Assembly: GCA_024274695.1 (NCBI GenBank)
Contig: JAJSAI010000003.1
Coordinates: forward strand, 1 to 16,894
From: an archaeon
GTDB lineage: Archaea > B1Sed10-29 > JAJSAI01
Length of the DNA: 16,894 bases
Reading direction: 5' to 3'
Shown: positions 1 through 8,316 of the stretch, one piece after another
How positions within the stretch are numbered: position 1 is the stretch's first letter
How the letters are laid out: the number at the start of each line of letters is the position of its first letter
Position numbers and translations under genes: made by a program
Notes under the pieces: model-generated
What the model saw: only the letters and a program-made list of their open reading frames with translations
What the model was told of the DNA's origin: nothing
The model's database searches: none

Positions 1-30
1 AGATGAGCTTTTAGCATGATTTTTTGAAAG

Positions 31-1011
31 TCATTCTTGAGCCGGGATCACGCTGAACTCTTTTTCTACCGTCGTCCTAGTGCCTTTGTACTCGTACGGT
101 ACCACCACCTTGTACGTTCCAGGTCCTATTTGCCTGACCTCGCACGAGTACTGGCCCGTGAGCACGTAGTACGTGCCGTCCCACACCAGCGTGCTGTTCA
201 CAAGGTGGGGTTCCGTTTGTCTTGGAGGTGTCTTGATGGTCACTCCCCCTTCCTTGCAGACGGTCAGACCCCAGGGAACCAGGAGCGCTTCCCAGGACCC
301 GTTCACCAGCTTGTATATAGTAACTTCAGAAAATTCGGGCGGGAAGTCTATGATGGTCACGGGCTTGTCTGAGTAGTATGCTATGGTTATGTTCTCCCCC
401 TGCTTGTAAGCGTCCTTGTCCAAACGCAGTTTTAGGGGTGGCTCGGTTGCAGGAGTCCGGAGAACGTTGAACTCTTTTGCCACGGTAATTTCTGTGCCTT
501 TGTATTCATAAGACACGGCTACCTTGTACCGCCCGGGTTCTATTAGTCTGGGCTCGCACGACTCGGAACCAGCAAAACCGTAGTACGTGGCGTTCCAGAC
601 CCTTGTCACGTTCACCTGCTCGAGCGGGCAGGAGGGCTTCTGATTAGGCGCTCCGCTTAGGGGAATCGTTCTGACGATCGTCCCGTTGACGCATTTAGTG
701 AGCAGGTCTGGAAGAACGAGCTCCTTCCAGGAATCGTTCTCGAACCTGTAGACCTTGAACTCTGCGGCCCTTGCAATGTACGGCGGCCCGCATCTTTTCA
801 AGGGCGCATCAGAATAGTACGAGATTCTTATATCCTCTCCGTAGAGGTACTCTTCCTTGTCCAGTGATAAGTGCATTATGGGGTACCCGGTTTTATTGCT
901 CGAGACCTGCTCGGCTACAGGAGCAGGTGAGGTAATGTTTCCCGCAAGGTATCCGGTAGCGAATCCTGCTGCTATTGTGAGTAGGATCAAGAGCGCGTGA
1001 ACTGCTTTCAT
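31..1011 (-). CDS. Membrane-anchored/secreted protein with two tandem Ig-like (BsuPI-like) domains
   Basis: N-terminal hydrophobic helix. Clear internal duplication: LSLDKEEY..GEDI.ISYYSD...W.ATYY...PGRYKVAVSYEYKGT..V.KEF vs LRLDKDAY..GENI.IAYYSD...WDGTYY...PGTYKVVVPYEYKGT..V.KEF. Many N-x-S/T sequons. TTTATAT about 25 nt upstream of the ATG. Confidence 0.75.
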   Translation of the reverse strand: MKAVHALLILLTIAAGFATGYLAGNITSPAPVAEQVSSNKTGYPIMHLSLDKEEYLYGEDIRISYYSDAPLKRCGPPYIARAAEFKVYRFENDSWKELVLPDLLTKCVNGTIVRTIPLSGAPNQKPSCPLEQVNVTRVWNATYYGFAGSESCEPRLIEPGRYKVAVSYEYKGTEITVAKEFNVLRTPATEPPLKLRLDKDAYKQGENITIAYYSDKPVTIIDFPPEFSEVTIYKLVNGSWEALLVPWGLTVCKEGGVTIKTPPRQTEPHLVNSTLVWDGTYYVLTGQYSCEVRQIGPGTYKVVVPYEYKGTRTTVEKEFSVIPAQE

Positions 1012-1092
1012 GCTTTAGCATAGTATTTGGTGAATATAAATACCTTTGGTTTTGTTTTGGTGGCCGGCAAAAAAGCGCTAGCAGACTCTTGT

Positions 1093-1566
1093 TCACATGG
1101 TGTTGGTTGTCTGCTCGTCTGCGGGTTCCAGGGTTATGTAGTATTCCTTGTGCTCCAGGCCCGTGAACTCGTACCTGATCCCGTGCGCGCAGTTGCATGT
1201 TGTTACAGGCCCAGGGGCCCTTGTCCTGAAGTAGAGCTTGAGGTTGTTTCCCTGCAGTGAGTAGTCTCCAGTGATTACTACTCCCCCGCAAAAGGTCTTG
1301 ACAAACCCTTCCACCACGAGCGTGTTTCCTTCCCAGCGGCTGGACAGGATCCCGTACTTGGGCGGAGTGTAAGGATTCATCCCTGCACAGCTGTTCTCGT
1401 CGACCGAAAAGTTCATGGAAACCTTCCCGGCGGCCGCGTTAGCAGGAGAGACGTTTGCGGGAGTGGCGTTCGCGTGAGCGACGTTGCCCTGGCCTTGAAC
1501 GCATCCCTGCAGCGAGACTAACACCGCGAGCGCGAACAAAACCACGAGAGCGTTCCTGACCCTCAT
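1093..1566 (-). CDS. Putative lipoprotein-like secreted protein
   Basis: Basic N-terminus, hydrophobic stretch, then LQGC lipobox-like motif. Ala/Asn/Pro linker with sequons, then a beta-rich domain with 4 Cys. TATAAT about 25 nt upstream. Confidence 0.7.
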   Translation of the reverse strand: MRVRNALVVLFALAVLVSLQGCVQGQGNVAHANATPANVSPANAAAGKVSMNFSVDENSCAGMNPYTPPKYGILSSRWEGNTLVVEGFVKTFCGGVVITGDYSLQGNNLKLYFRTRAPGPVTTCNCAHGIRYEFTGLEHKEYYITLEPADEQTTNTM

Positions 1567-1659
1567 GTGTTCGTGGTATTCAGGAAAAAATTATATCTCT
1601 TTCTGTTTTTTCGGCCGGGCCCCAAAACCTTCTTATTGGTGAGACAGCGTAACAAAAAC

Positions 1660-2406
1660 ATGGGATCTAAGTTCGTTGACGTGTACTCTCTTCCCCCAGT
1701 GCCCAACGTATGCGACCAGATCCTGAGGGAAGTGGTAAGCCTCCCAAAGGTGAGCATGGCACACGTTATCATGGACTCAGGCAACGTTTCCTTGTGGCAC
1801 AAGCACTCCCGGATGACTGAAGTGTACTTCATTCTAGAGGGAGAGGGAATCTTATATCACGGGAGCAGGGCAATGCGGGTCAGGAAAGGCGCGTACCTCG
1901 TGATACTCGCAGGAACTCCTCACAAACTCAAGAACACCGGGAGCACGAGGCTAGAGCACCTTGTTTTCGCAATCCCTCCCTTTGATCCTGAAGACGTGAT
2001 CCTGTTAGACGAGAAGCCTGAAGAGTTCCAAGAGCACGAGTTCAGGCAAGAGAAAGAACCGATAACAGCGCTTGACGGCGCCCTTGTTTACGAGCTCATG
2101 ACCCCAGAAGAGAGAAGAAAGTACGACGTGGCGCTGGCGGTCGGAATCCTGCCAAGGGCGAGAAAGGCTATTCCCCACTATCACAAGAAGAGCGAGGAGC
2201 TGTACTATATCATCTCGGGACAGGGTAAGGTCAGGATAGGAGAAAAAGAGTATCCTGTAAAGAAAGGTAGTCTAGCGCGCATTCCTGTGGGCGTTGTGCA
2301 CGCGCTTGAGAACACGAGCCAGGACAAGGATCTGGAGGTCTTGTGCGTTTCATCCCCGGCGTACACGGATGGGGACTTCATAATCGCGGAAAAATCAAAA
2401 CCCTGA
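1660..2406 (+). CDS. Tandem cupin (bicupin) protein
   Basis: Two cupin motif sets: HKHSRMTEVYFILEGEG...PHKLKN and HYHKKSEELYYIISGQG...VHALEN. Start moved from 1567 to ATG 1660, which lies about 25 nt after an AT-rich TATA-like element. Confidence 0.85.
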   Translation: MGSKFVDVYSLPPVPNVCDQILREVVSLPKVSMAHVIMDSGNVSLWHKHSRMTEVYFILEGEGILYHGSRAMRVRKGAYLVILAGTPHKLKNTGSTRLEHLVFAIPPFDPEDVILLDEKPEEFQEHEFRQEKEPITALDGALVYELMTPEERRKYDVALAVGILPRARKAIPHYHKKSEELYYIISGQGKVRIGEKEYPVKKGSLARIPVGVVHALENTSQDKDLEVLCVSSPAYTDGDFIIAEKSKP

Positions 2407-2412
2407 CCGCAG

Positions 2413-2475
2413 AATTTACGGTAAACCGTAAATTTTTAGGCCAATTTTTTACACAAAACCGTAAACATTTATAAA
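2413..2475. repeat. Left double-palindrome repeat (TTTACGG-N4-CCGTAAA x2) ending in a TATA box
   Basis: Perfect palindrome AATTTACGGT-AA-ACCGTAAATT at 2413-2434, a degenerate second unit ending CCGTAAA at 2459-2465, then TTTATAAA at 2468-2475. Confidence 0.85.
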
Positions 2476-2495
2476 CAAATGGTTCTTATTCTTGT

Positions 2496-3707
2496 GTGAT
2501 GGATGGGCTGGACGCATACTACCTTAACCGGTTGAATGTTGCTAGAAGCCTGCTGGAGAAGACAACGCGCTTTAGGAAAAGGCTTGTCTTCCAGGAGTTG
2601 TTGGACAAGGTAAAGAACGAGCCGTCTGTCGGGATAGTTGGACTCAGGGGAGTGGGCAAGACCACGATGATGTTGCAAATGCTTCCCTTGTTCAAGGACG
2701 GTTTCTACTTTTCAGCCGATTCTTTAGTAATACGAGGGTTGGGCCTGTACGAGTTCCTGGAATACTTGCACGCGAGAGGGCACGGGACCGTGTTCGTTGA
2801 CGAGGTCCACTACTATCCCGAATGGAGCAGGGAACTTAAGGCAGCGTACGACGATTTTGGCATGAAACTCGTATTCACTGGCTCGTCCAGGCTTTCGATG
2901 GAGGCAAGGTCAGAGATGCTGCGCAGGGCTGCGGTGCACCATGTTCCCCCTCTGTCGTTTCGGGAGTATCTGCACCTCTACCTAGGAACAGAGTTTGAAA
3001 AGCTTTCTTTGGAGGATATCCTTGACACAGGAACACGGAAAACAGTCTTGGCAAGATTGTCAGGGTACGCTCGCGAGCTGGACAACTTCCTCGCGTACGG
3101 CGGGCTTCCTTTAGGACTGGAATCAAAGGACCCCACAAGATACCTTGGAGTCATCCGCAGAGTAGTTGATGAGGACATCCCTGCTGTCAGGAGAGTGGGA
3201 GCAGAATTCAGGACTGCAGTTTACAAGGTCCTGAGGATTGTTGCTACGTCTCAGCCTGGAGAGATAAGCATTCACACTCTCTCCAAGGCCTCTGGAAAGC
3301 ATCCTGAAACGGTGGAAGACATTCTCCTTCTCCTGGAGTCCGCGGGAATACTAGTCAGGATACCGCCGTCCGGTCAGGGACCCAAAAGTGTGAGGAAGAC
3401 GGTCAAGCTCACGTTGACCGTCCCCTTCAGGTCAGTCCTATGCCACTCTTACGGAACTCATCCTAGCAAGGGGGCCCTGAGGGAAGACTTTTTCGTGCAC
3501 CACCTGCCGGGGGTCTCCTACTATGCTTCTGCAGGAAAACGGGCGCCCGACTACGTTTTTGATAGAATTGTGTTTGAGATAGGAGGAGCTTCCAAAACGC
3601 GGGCGCAGTTCAGGCAAGTTAGAGGGTATAAGAATTACCTCGTGATTGATGGGATGACCCTGGAGGAGCACAAGCTCCCGCTCGTGTTATTCGGTCTCTT
3701 ATGGTAA
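2496..3707 (+). CDS. AAA+ ATPase (AAA_14/DUF4143 family)
   Basis: Walker A GLRGVGKT, Walker B VFVDEVH, FTGSS, PLSFREY and YGGLP motifs, wHTH-like region, C-terminal PDY...FEIG and PLxLFG end. Start is GTG 2496 or ATG 2499. Confidence 0.88.
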   Translation: MMDGLDAYYLNRLNVARSLLEKTTRFRKRLVFQELLDKVKNEPSVGIVGLRGVGKTTMMLQMLPLFKDGFYFSADSLVIRGLGLYEFLEYLHARGHGTVFVDEVHYYPEWSRELKAAYDDFGMKLVFTGSSRLSMEARSEMLRRAAVHHVPPLSFREYLHLYLGTEFEKLSLEDILDTGTRKTVLARLSGYARELDNFLAYGGLPLGLESKDPTRYLGVIRRVVDEDIPAVRRVGAEFRTAVYKVLRIVATSQPGEISIHTLSKASGKHPETVEDILLLLESAGILVRIPPSGQGPKSVRKTVKLTLTVPFRSVLCHSYGTHPSKGALREDFFVHHLPGVSYYASAGKRAPDYVFDRIVFEIGGASKTRAQFRQVRGYKNYLVIDGMTLEEHKLPLVLFGLLW

Positions 3708-3767
3708 TTTTCAGTAAACCGTAAACTTTTGGAACATTTTTTACGGTTTTCCGTAAATATTTATAAA
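3706..3767. repeat. Right double-palindrome repeat, direct copy of 2413-2475
   Basis: AATTTTCAGTAAACCGTAAA, spacer, TTTACGG-TTTT-CCGTAAA (3740-3757), then TTTATAAA (3760-3767). Confidence 0.85.
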
Positions 3768-4308
3768 TGACTGTCCTTGTCTTGTGTTATACCCCTGAGT
3801 GCTTTCCTCATCTTGAACAGGAGACCTCCATCGAATTCAGGGTATGTGAGCTTCTTTTCCTTCTCGAGCCACCACGAACGTATCCTCTTACTTTCAGCGT
3901 GTTGCCCGTTTTTCATGACGATCCTGCAGGAGGCCTCGTACTCGTACCATTCCTCACCGTACGATTTGCGGCTGTTTCCCGTCTTTCTTATTGTGATCAC
4001 CGTCAATTTAACGTCTTTTATATTCTTGTTTATCCTTTTCAGCATCTCCCCGAGCATACTGGAGTAAGAGGTTATACTGCGCGTGATGCACTCATCGCCC
4101 AGTTCAGGAGGACGTATTACTCTTCTGACAAGATCAATTCTACCGTGGTTATTTTTTTCTCCCGCATTTTCTCGGTCAAGTGTTCCATGACATAATCCCG
4201 CAGGACAGGATCGTAATTCATCAAACTCGTGAAACTGTGGGCTATGTCATGTGCTACTCCAGTCAGCCTGCTCATTTCATCAACCTTTGCTAACCGGTCC
4301 TTTTTCAT
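3761..4308 (-). pseudogene. Hypothetical protein apparently split by a 1-nt frameshift (ORFs 4117-4308 and 3761-4057)
   Basis: The frame of the downstream ORF is open far upstream of its Met and overlaps the upstream ORF. One extra A in the A7 run (T7 at 4152-4158) would join them as ...MREKKNNHGRIDLVRRVIRPPELGDECITRSITSYSSMLGEMLKR... Confidence 0.45.
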
Positions 4309-4840
4309 CGTACTCCTTTTTCAGGATCCCGTACCTGACGAGATCGTGCCACCGGCCGTTTTTGCGGTAGCATTCCCGGTCAACGCCTTCCTTCGTGAAC
4401 CCTGCCTTTTCCAGGACCCTTGCCGAGGCAGTGTTCTCCTTGAACGTCCGGGCGTACACTCTGTGCAGTTTCAGGTTCTTGAACGCGAACCCCAGCACTA
4501 ATTGGACGGCTTCCGTGGCCAGTCCCTTGTTCCAGTAGTCTTTCCTTATCCAGTACCCTACTTCCGCGTTCTTGTTCTCCTTGTCTATCTTGAACAGGCC
4601 AATGCTTCCAGCCAACCTGCCTGTTTCTCTGGAGACTATCGCGAACGAGTATACTCTTCCTTCGCGGAAGTTCCTCTGCTTTTTTCTTATGTTCTTGACC
4701 GCTTCCTCTACTGTCTTCGGGATCCTGAGGCTGGTGGTCCACCTAGTCACGCTCGCGTTGGCCATCTTCACGAGTTCTGGAGCGTCAGAAGCCTTCCAGG
4801 GCCTTAGAATAACCTTTTCCCCAACAAGATCTGTCTTCAT
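4280..4840 (-). CDS. GNAT N-acetyltransferase, RimJ/RimL family
   Basis: VILRPW, AEVGYWIRKDYWNKGLATEA, LHRVYA, NTASARVLEKAGFTKEG motifs. Confidence 0.92.
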   Translation of the reverse strand: MKTDLVGEKVILRPWKASDAPELVKMANASVTRWTTSLRIPKTVEEAVKNIRKKQRNFREGRVYSFAIVSRETGRLAGSIGLFKIDKENKNAEVGYWIRKDYWNKGLATEAVQLVLGFAFKNLKLHRVYARTFKENTASARVLEKAGFTKEGVDRECYRKNGRWHDLVRYGILKKEYDEKGPVSKG

Positions 4841-4853
4841 CCTTTTCTAGTAA

Positions 4854-4894
4854 CAGTCAATCAGGTTTAAATTGTTTCGGAAATTAATTGACTG
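4854..4894. promoter_or_regulatory. Probable bidirectional promoter for the GNAT and ASCH genes
   Basis: Palindromic TTTAAA (4866-4871) lies about 26 nt from both divergent ATGs and is flanked by the inverted repeat CAGTCAAT (4854-4861)/ATTGACTG (4887-4894). Confidence 0.55.
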
Positions 4895-4897
4895 CTG

Positions 4898-5281
4898 ATG
4901 AAAGCCCTTTCAATCAGGCAGCCGTGGGCCGACCTGATCGTGGACGGCAGGAAAACGATAGAGACCCGGAAGTGGAACACGGGCTACCGGGGCTGGTTCT
5001 GGGTCCACGCCAGCAGGAGCGTGGACTGGAACGCGTGCAAGAGGTTAGGGATTACTCCAAGTGCTGCTGGAACTGTTATCGGGAAGGCTTTCCTCGAGAG
5101 CGTGAAAAGGTACGAGACAGAAGAGGAGTGGGATGCCGACAGGAGCAGGCACCTTGCTTTGGGAGGAATGCCCAGGAAGCCCATGTACGGGTTTGTTATC
5201 TCCAGGGCAGAAAGAGTTCCTGCTGTCCCTGCCAGGGGCAAGCTTGGCTTCTGGGAATGGGAAATAGGGAGAGAAAATTAG
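4898..5281 (+). CDS. ASCH domain protein (ASC-1 homology)
   Basis: KALSIRQPWADLIVDGRKTIETRKW...YRG..WVHAS and C-terminal PARGKLGFW signature. Confidence 0.92.
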   Translation: MKALSIRQPWADLIVDGRKTIETRKWNTGYRGWFWVHASRSVDWNACKRLGITPSAAGTVIGKAFLESVKRYETEEEWDADRSRHLALGGMPRKPMYGFVISRAERVPAVPARGKLGFWEWEIGREN

Positions 5282-5408
5282 ATTAGAGTAGGCTCTTGTA
5301 CTCTTCCAGCCCTTGCTCTAGTTCAACTTCTTCCTTGGATATTGGTATTATCTCTTTGCCGCCCTTGATCTTGAAGTGCTTGATTGGTTTGTCCTTGTCT
5401 TGCTGCAG

Positions 5409-5430
5409 GAAAAGAGAATAAAAAAAGTGG
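5409..5430 (-). terminator. Oligo-T terminator of the nrdD-nrdG-micro-ORF transcript
   Basis: Minus strand reads CCACTTTTTTTATTCTCTTTTC just after the micro-ORF stop. Confidence 0.45.
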
Positions 5431-5436
5431 AGGATT

Positions 5437-5484
5437 TTATTTGCCGTCGAACTCGTCCAGGGTGGTTTGCCTTTCGTCATCCAT
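5437..5484 (-). CDS. 15-aa micro-peptide MDDERQTTLDEFDGK with a PIP-box-like motif
   Basis: Manual translation. Shine-Dalgarno AGGAGGTG (5500-5493) 8 nt before the ATG, QxxLxxF motif, followed by a T-tract. Confidence 0.6.
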   Translation of the reverse strand: MDDERQTTLDEFDGK

Positions 5485-5511
5485 TCGAGTCACACCTCCT
5501 TCCAATTTTTT

Positions 5512-6183
5512 TCACGCTCTTATTTCGGTGTCAGCAGCTCCTTTGACAATGGTCTTGAACTCGTACAGGGTGTCTATGGAGTGGGGTTTCGCGTGCTTCA
5601 TCTGGTAGCTTGTCTCGGGCCTGAACTGTTGTATGTAGTACTTTCTGGCTCCTCTCACGAGCTCCCTGATTTTCATGAAGTCCTCTTTCCCTAGCTCTGG
5701 GTAGGCGGTGGTCCTGAACTCGTACGCGATCCCTGACTCTCTGATTATTTTCATGGTCTCGAGTATCTTGCTCGTGTCCACGTGCACTTGGGTTATTTCA
5801 TCATACTTTTCCAGGGGGCCTTTCACGTCCATGGCAATGTAGTCCACGACCCCTTCTTCTATTGCTTTTTTCACGACCTCTGGGTTGGACCCGTTCGTGT
5901 CCAGTTTGATCTTGTATCCTATGCTCTTGAGTTTTTTCATGAACGGGATCAGGTCAGGCTGGAGGGTGGGCTCTCCGCCCGTGATGCACACAGCGGTCGC
6001 GATCTTTTTCCTGTGCTCCAGTTCTTCCAGGAGTTCCTGCTCGTCGTAGGCTTGGTTCAGGTTGAACAGGAATGGGTTGTGGCAGTACTTGCACCTGAAG
6101 TTGCATCCCACGGTCGCGATGGTTATCGCGACTTCTCCGGGATAGTCTATAAGGCTTGTCCACTGCACTCCTCCAATCTTCAT
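5512..6183 (-). CDS. nrdG: Anaerobic ribonucleotide reductase activating enzyme (radical SAM)
   Basis: SLIDYPG, GCNFRCKYCHN, ITGGEPTLQ, KLDTNGS, DYIAMDVK, YEFRTT motifs; directly downstream of nrdD. Confidence 0.93.
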   Translation of the reverse strand: MKIGGVQWTSLIDYPGEVAITIATVGCNFRCKYCHNPFLFNLNQAYDEQELLEELEHRKKIATAVCITGGEPTLQPDLIPFMKKLKSIGYKIKLDTNGSNPEVVKKAIEEGVVDYIAMDVKGPLEKYDEITQVHVDTSKILETMKIIRESGIAYEFRTTAYPELGKEDFMKIRELVRGARKYYIQQFRPETSYQMKHAKPHSIDTLYEFKTIVKGAADTEIRA

Positions 6184-6189
6184 CCTGTA

Positions 6190-8316
6190 TCATCCTCCTT
6201 TGTTCGCGGGAATTTCGAACGCTTTCCTCTGCGCGAATTCAGCCTGTTTCCCGTCGTTCCACTGTTGTACTGGTCTTATGTACCCCACGATCCTGGAGTA
6301 CACTTCTGTCCTGGCCCCGCACTCCGGGCACTTGAAGTGTTCTCCTGCGATGTACCCGTGGCTCGGGCACACGCTGAATGTGGGGCTGATCGTGTAGTAC
6401 GGGAGCCTGTAGTTTTCTGCGATCGTCCTCACGAGCTTTTTGGAGGAATCTGGGTTGGGAAGCCTTTCTCCAACGAACACGTGAAGCACTGTTCCTCCAG
6501 TGTACTTGGTCTGCAGTTCGTCCTGCAGTTCCAGGGCCCTGAACAGGTCGCTGGTGGCGTACACTGGGAGCTGGGATGAGTTCGTGTGGTACGGTTCTGC
6601 GCCTTTCTTCCACTCGTTCTCGTTCGCTACTACCAGTTTGGGATAGTATTTCTTGTTCAGTCTGGCGAGCCTGTAGGATGTTCCTTCTGCAGGGGTTGCC
6701 TCGAGGTTGTACATGTTTCCTGTGGCTTCCTGGTAGTCTGCCAGCCTGTCCCTCATGAAGTCAAGTGTCTTTCCAGCGAGTTTTATTGCTTCTTTGTCGG
6801 TCAGGTCTTTTCCTATGAGGTTTAGCATGGCCTCGTTCATGCCCACGAGCCCGATTGTGCTGAAGTGGTTTGACCAGTACTCTCCTGTGGCCTCCTTTAT
6901 CTTCCTCAGGTAGAATTTCGAGTACGGGTACAGTCCTTTCTCGGTGAACCTTTCTATGACCTTCCGTTTTATTTCCAGGGATTTCATGGCAAGGTCCATC
7001 ATGTCCCCTATCATTTCCAGGAACTCGGTCTCGCTCTCGGCAAGGTACCCGTACCTCGGGAGGTTGAGGGTGACGACCCCGATGGATCCTGTGAGGGGGT
7101 CTGCCCCGAACAGGCCTCCCCCTCTTTTTTTGAGCTCTCTCTTGTCAAGCCTTAGTCTGCAGCACATGCTCCTGGCGTCGTCCGGTCTCATGTCAGAATT
7201 AACGAAGTTGGCGAAGTAGGGGATGCCGTACTTTGCGGTCATTTCCCAGAGCGGGTCAAGGTCAGGGTTGTTCCAGTCAAAGTCTTTTGTTATGTTATAA
7301 GTTGGGATGGGGAAGGTGAACGGCCTGCCCTTGGCGTCCCCTTCTATCATGAGTTCTGCGAACGCCTTGTTTATCATGTTCATTTCTTCCTGGTAGTCCC
7401 CGTACGCGGTGTCCAGGAACTTGCCTCCTAGGATTGCGGGAATGTTCTTCAGGTTCTCAGGAGGCTCCAGGTCCATGGTTATGTTGGTGAAGGGAGTCTG
7501 GAATCCCACTCTTGTGGGCACGTTCACGTTGTACAAGAACTCCTGCAGGGCCTGTTTTACCTGCTTGTAGTTCAGGCCGTCTCCCCTGACGAACGGGGCT
7601 AGGAGCGTGTCAAAATTGCTCACGGCCTGGGCGCCTGCTGCTTCTCCTTGCAGGGTGTAAAAGAAGTTGACCAGCTGGCCGAGGGCGCTTCTCAGGTGCT
7701 TGGCGGGCTTGGTTTCAACCTTGCCGGGGACCCCCTTGAACCCTGTTATCAGGAGGTCCTGCAGGTCCCAGCCCACGCAGTAGGCCCCAAGGATGCTTAG
7801 ATCATGAATGTGGAAGTCCCCGGTCTCATGGGCCTTGGCCATTTCCGGGGAGTAAATCTTGTTCAGCCAGTAGTTTTTCACCACGATCCCGGAAATGTGG
7901 AAGTTGAGCCCCTGCAGGGAGAACGTCATGTTGCTGTTTTCTCTGACCCTCCAGTCGTTCTCGTTAATATAGTCGTCTATTATCTTGACGTCCTTGAATA
8001 TCCCCGCGAATTCTCTGATGTTCTGGTGCTGTTTCCGGTAGAGGATGTACGCTTTGGCTAGTAGGGTGTGCCCTGCCTTGACGAGCACGTCTTCCACCAC
8101 GTCCTGGATTTCTTCCACGTCCACTACCCTGCCGGGCGGGTACTTTTGGTTAAGTTCCAGGATCACCTTGTCTGAGAGGGCTTTCGGGTCCTGGTCCCCA
8201 TTAACTGCCTTGACTGCCGCGGCTATCGCGTTGGTTATCCTGTTCTGGTCAAACTCTACTATCTTCCCATCCCTTTTCCGGACAAAATTAACGTGATTCT
8301 CGATCTTTTCTGCCAC
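6190..8316 (-). CDS. nrdD: Class III anaerobic ribonucleoside-triphosphate reductase with N-terminal ATP-cone
   Basis: ATP-cone VRKRDGKIVEFD, HIHDL, SMCCRL finger loop, EATPAEG, Zn-ribbon CPSHG..CPECG, glycyl-radical loop SRIVGY. Start is probably GTG 8316 (6 nt after GGAGGT) rather than 8367; ATG 8322 is an alternative. Confidence 0.96.
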   Translation of the reverse strand: MAEKIENHVNFVRKRDGKIVEFDQNRITNAIAAAVKAVNGDQDPKALSDKVILELNQKYPPGRVVDVEEIQDVVEDVLVKAGHTLLAKAYILYRKQHQNIREFAGIFKDVKIIDDYINENDWRVRENSNMTFSLQGLNFHISGIVVKNYWLNKIYSPEMAKAHETGDFHIHDLSILGAYCVGWDLQDLLITGFKGVPGKVETKPAKHLRSALGQLVNFFYTLQGEAAGAQAVSNFDTLLAPFVRGDGLNYKQVKQALQEFLYNVNVPTRVGFQTPFTNITMDLEPPENLKNIPAILGGKFLDTAYGDYQEEMNMINKAFAELMIEGDAKGRPFTFPIPTYNITKDFDWNNPDLDPLWEMTAKYGIPYFANFVNSDMRPDDARSMCCRLRLDKRELKKRGGGLFGADPLTGSIGVVTLNLPRYGYLAESETEFLEMIGDMMDLAMKSLEIKRKVIERFTEKGLYPYSKFYLRKIKEATGEYWSNHFSTIGLVGMNEAMLNLIGKDLTDKEAIKLAGKTLDFMRDRLADYQEATGNMYNLEATPAEGTSYRLARLNKKYYPKLVVANENEWKKGAEPYHTNSSQLPVYATSDLFRALELQDELQTKYTGGTVLHVFVGERLPNPDSSKKLVRTIAENYRLPYYTISPTFSVCPSHGYIAGEHFKCPECGARTEVYSRIVGYIRPVQQWNDGKQAEFAQRKAFEIPANKGG

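Noticed and set aside
2413-3767. CRISPR array or IS element
   Set aside because: Only two units per side, degenerate, with AT-rich non-spacer-like gaps; no cas or transposase motifs; the flanking repeats are direct.
5283-5480. 65-aa ORF as a real gene
   Set aside because: The Shine-Dalgarno spacing fits ATG 5484 in another frame better, and this ORF reads through a T-tract giving a terminator-like FFYSLF stretch.
5512-5514. Selenocysteine at the nrdG TGA
   Set aside because: The position matches a normal NrdG C-terminus, is not a Cys-equivalent site, and I see no SECIS-like hairpin downstream.
5782-6579. Long plus-strand 265-aa ORF, and similar shadow ORFs such as 11880-12659, 8668-9216 and 4888-5286
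   Set aside because: Antisense or off-frame shadows of well-supported genes, with no motifs.
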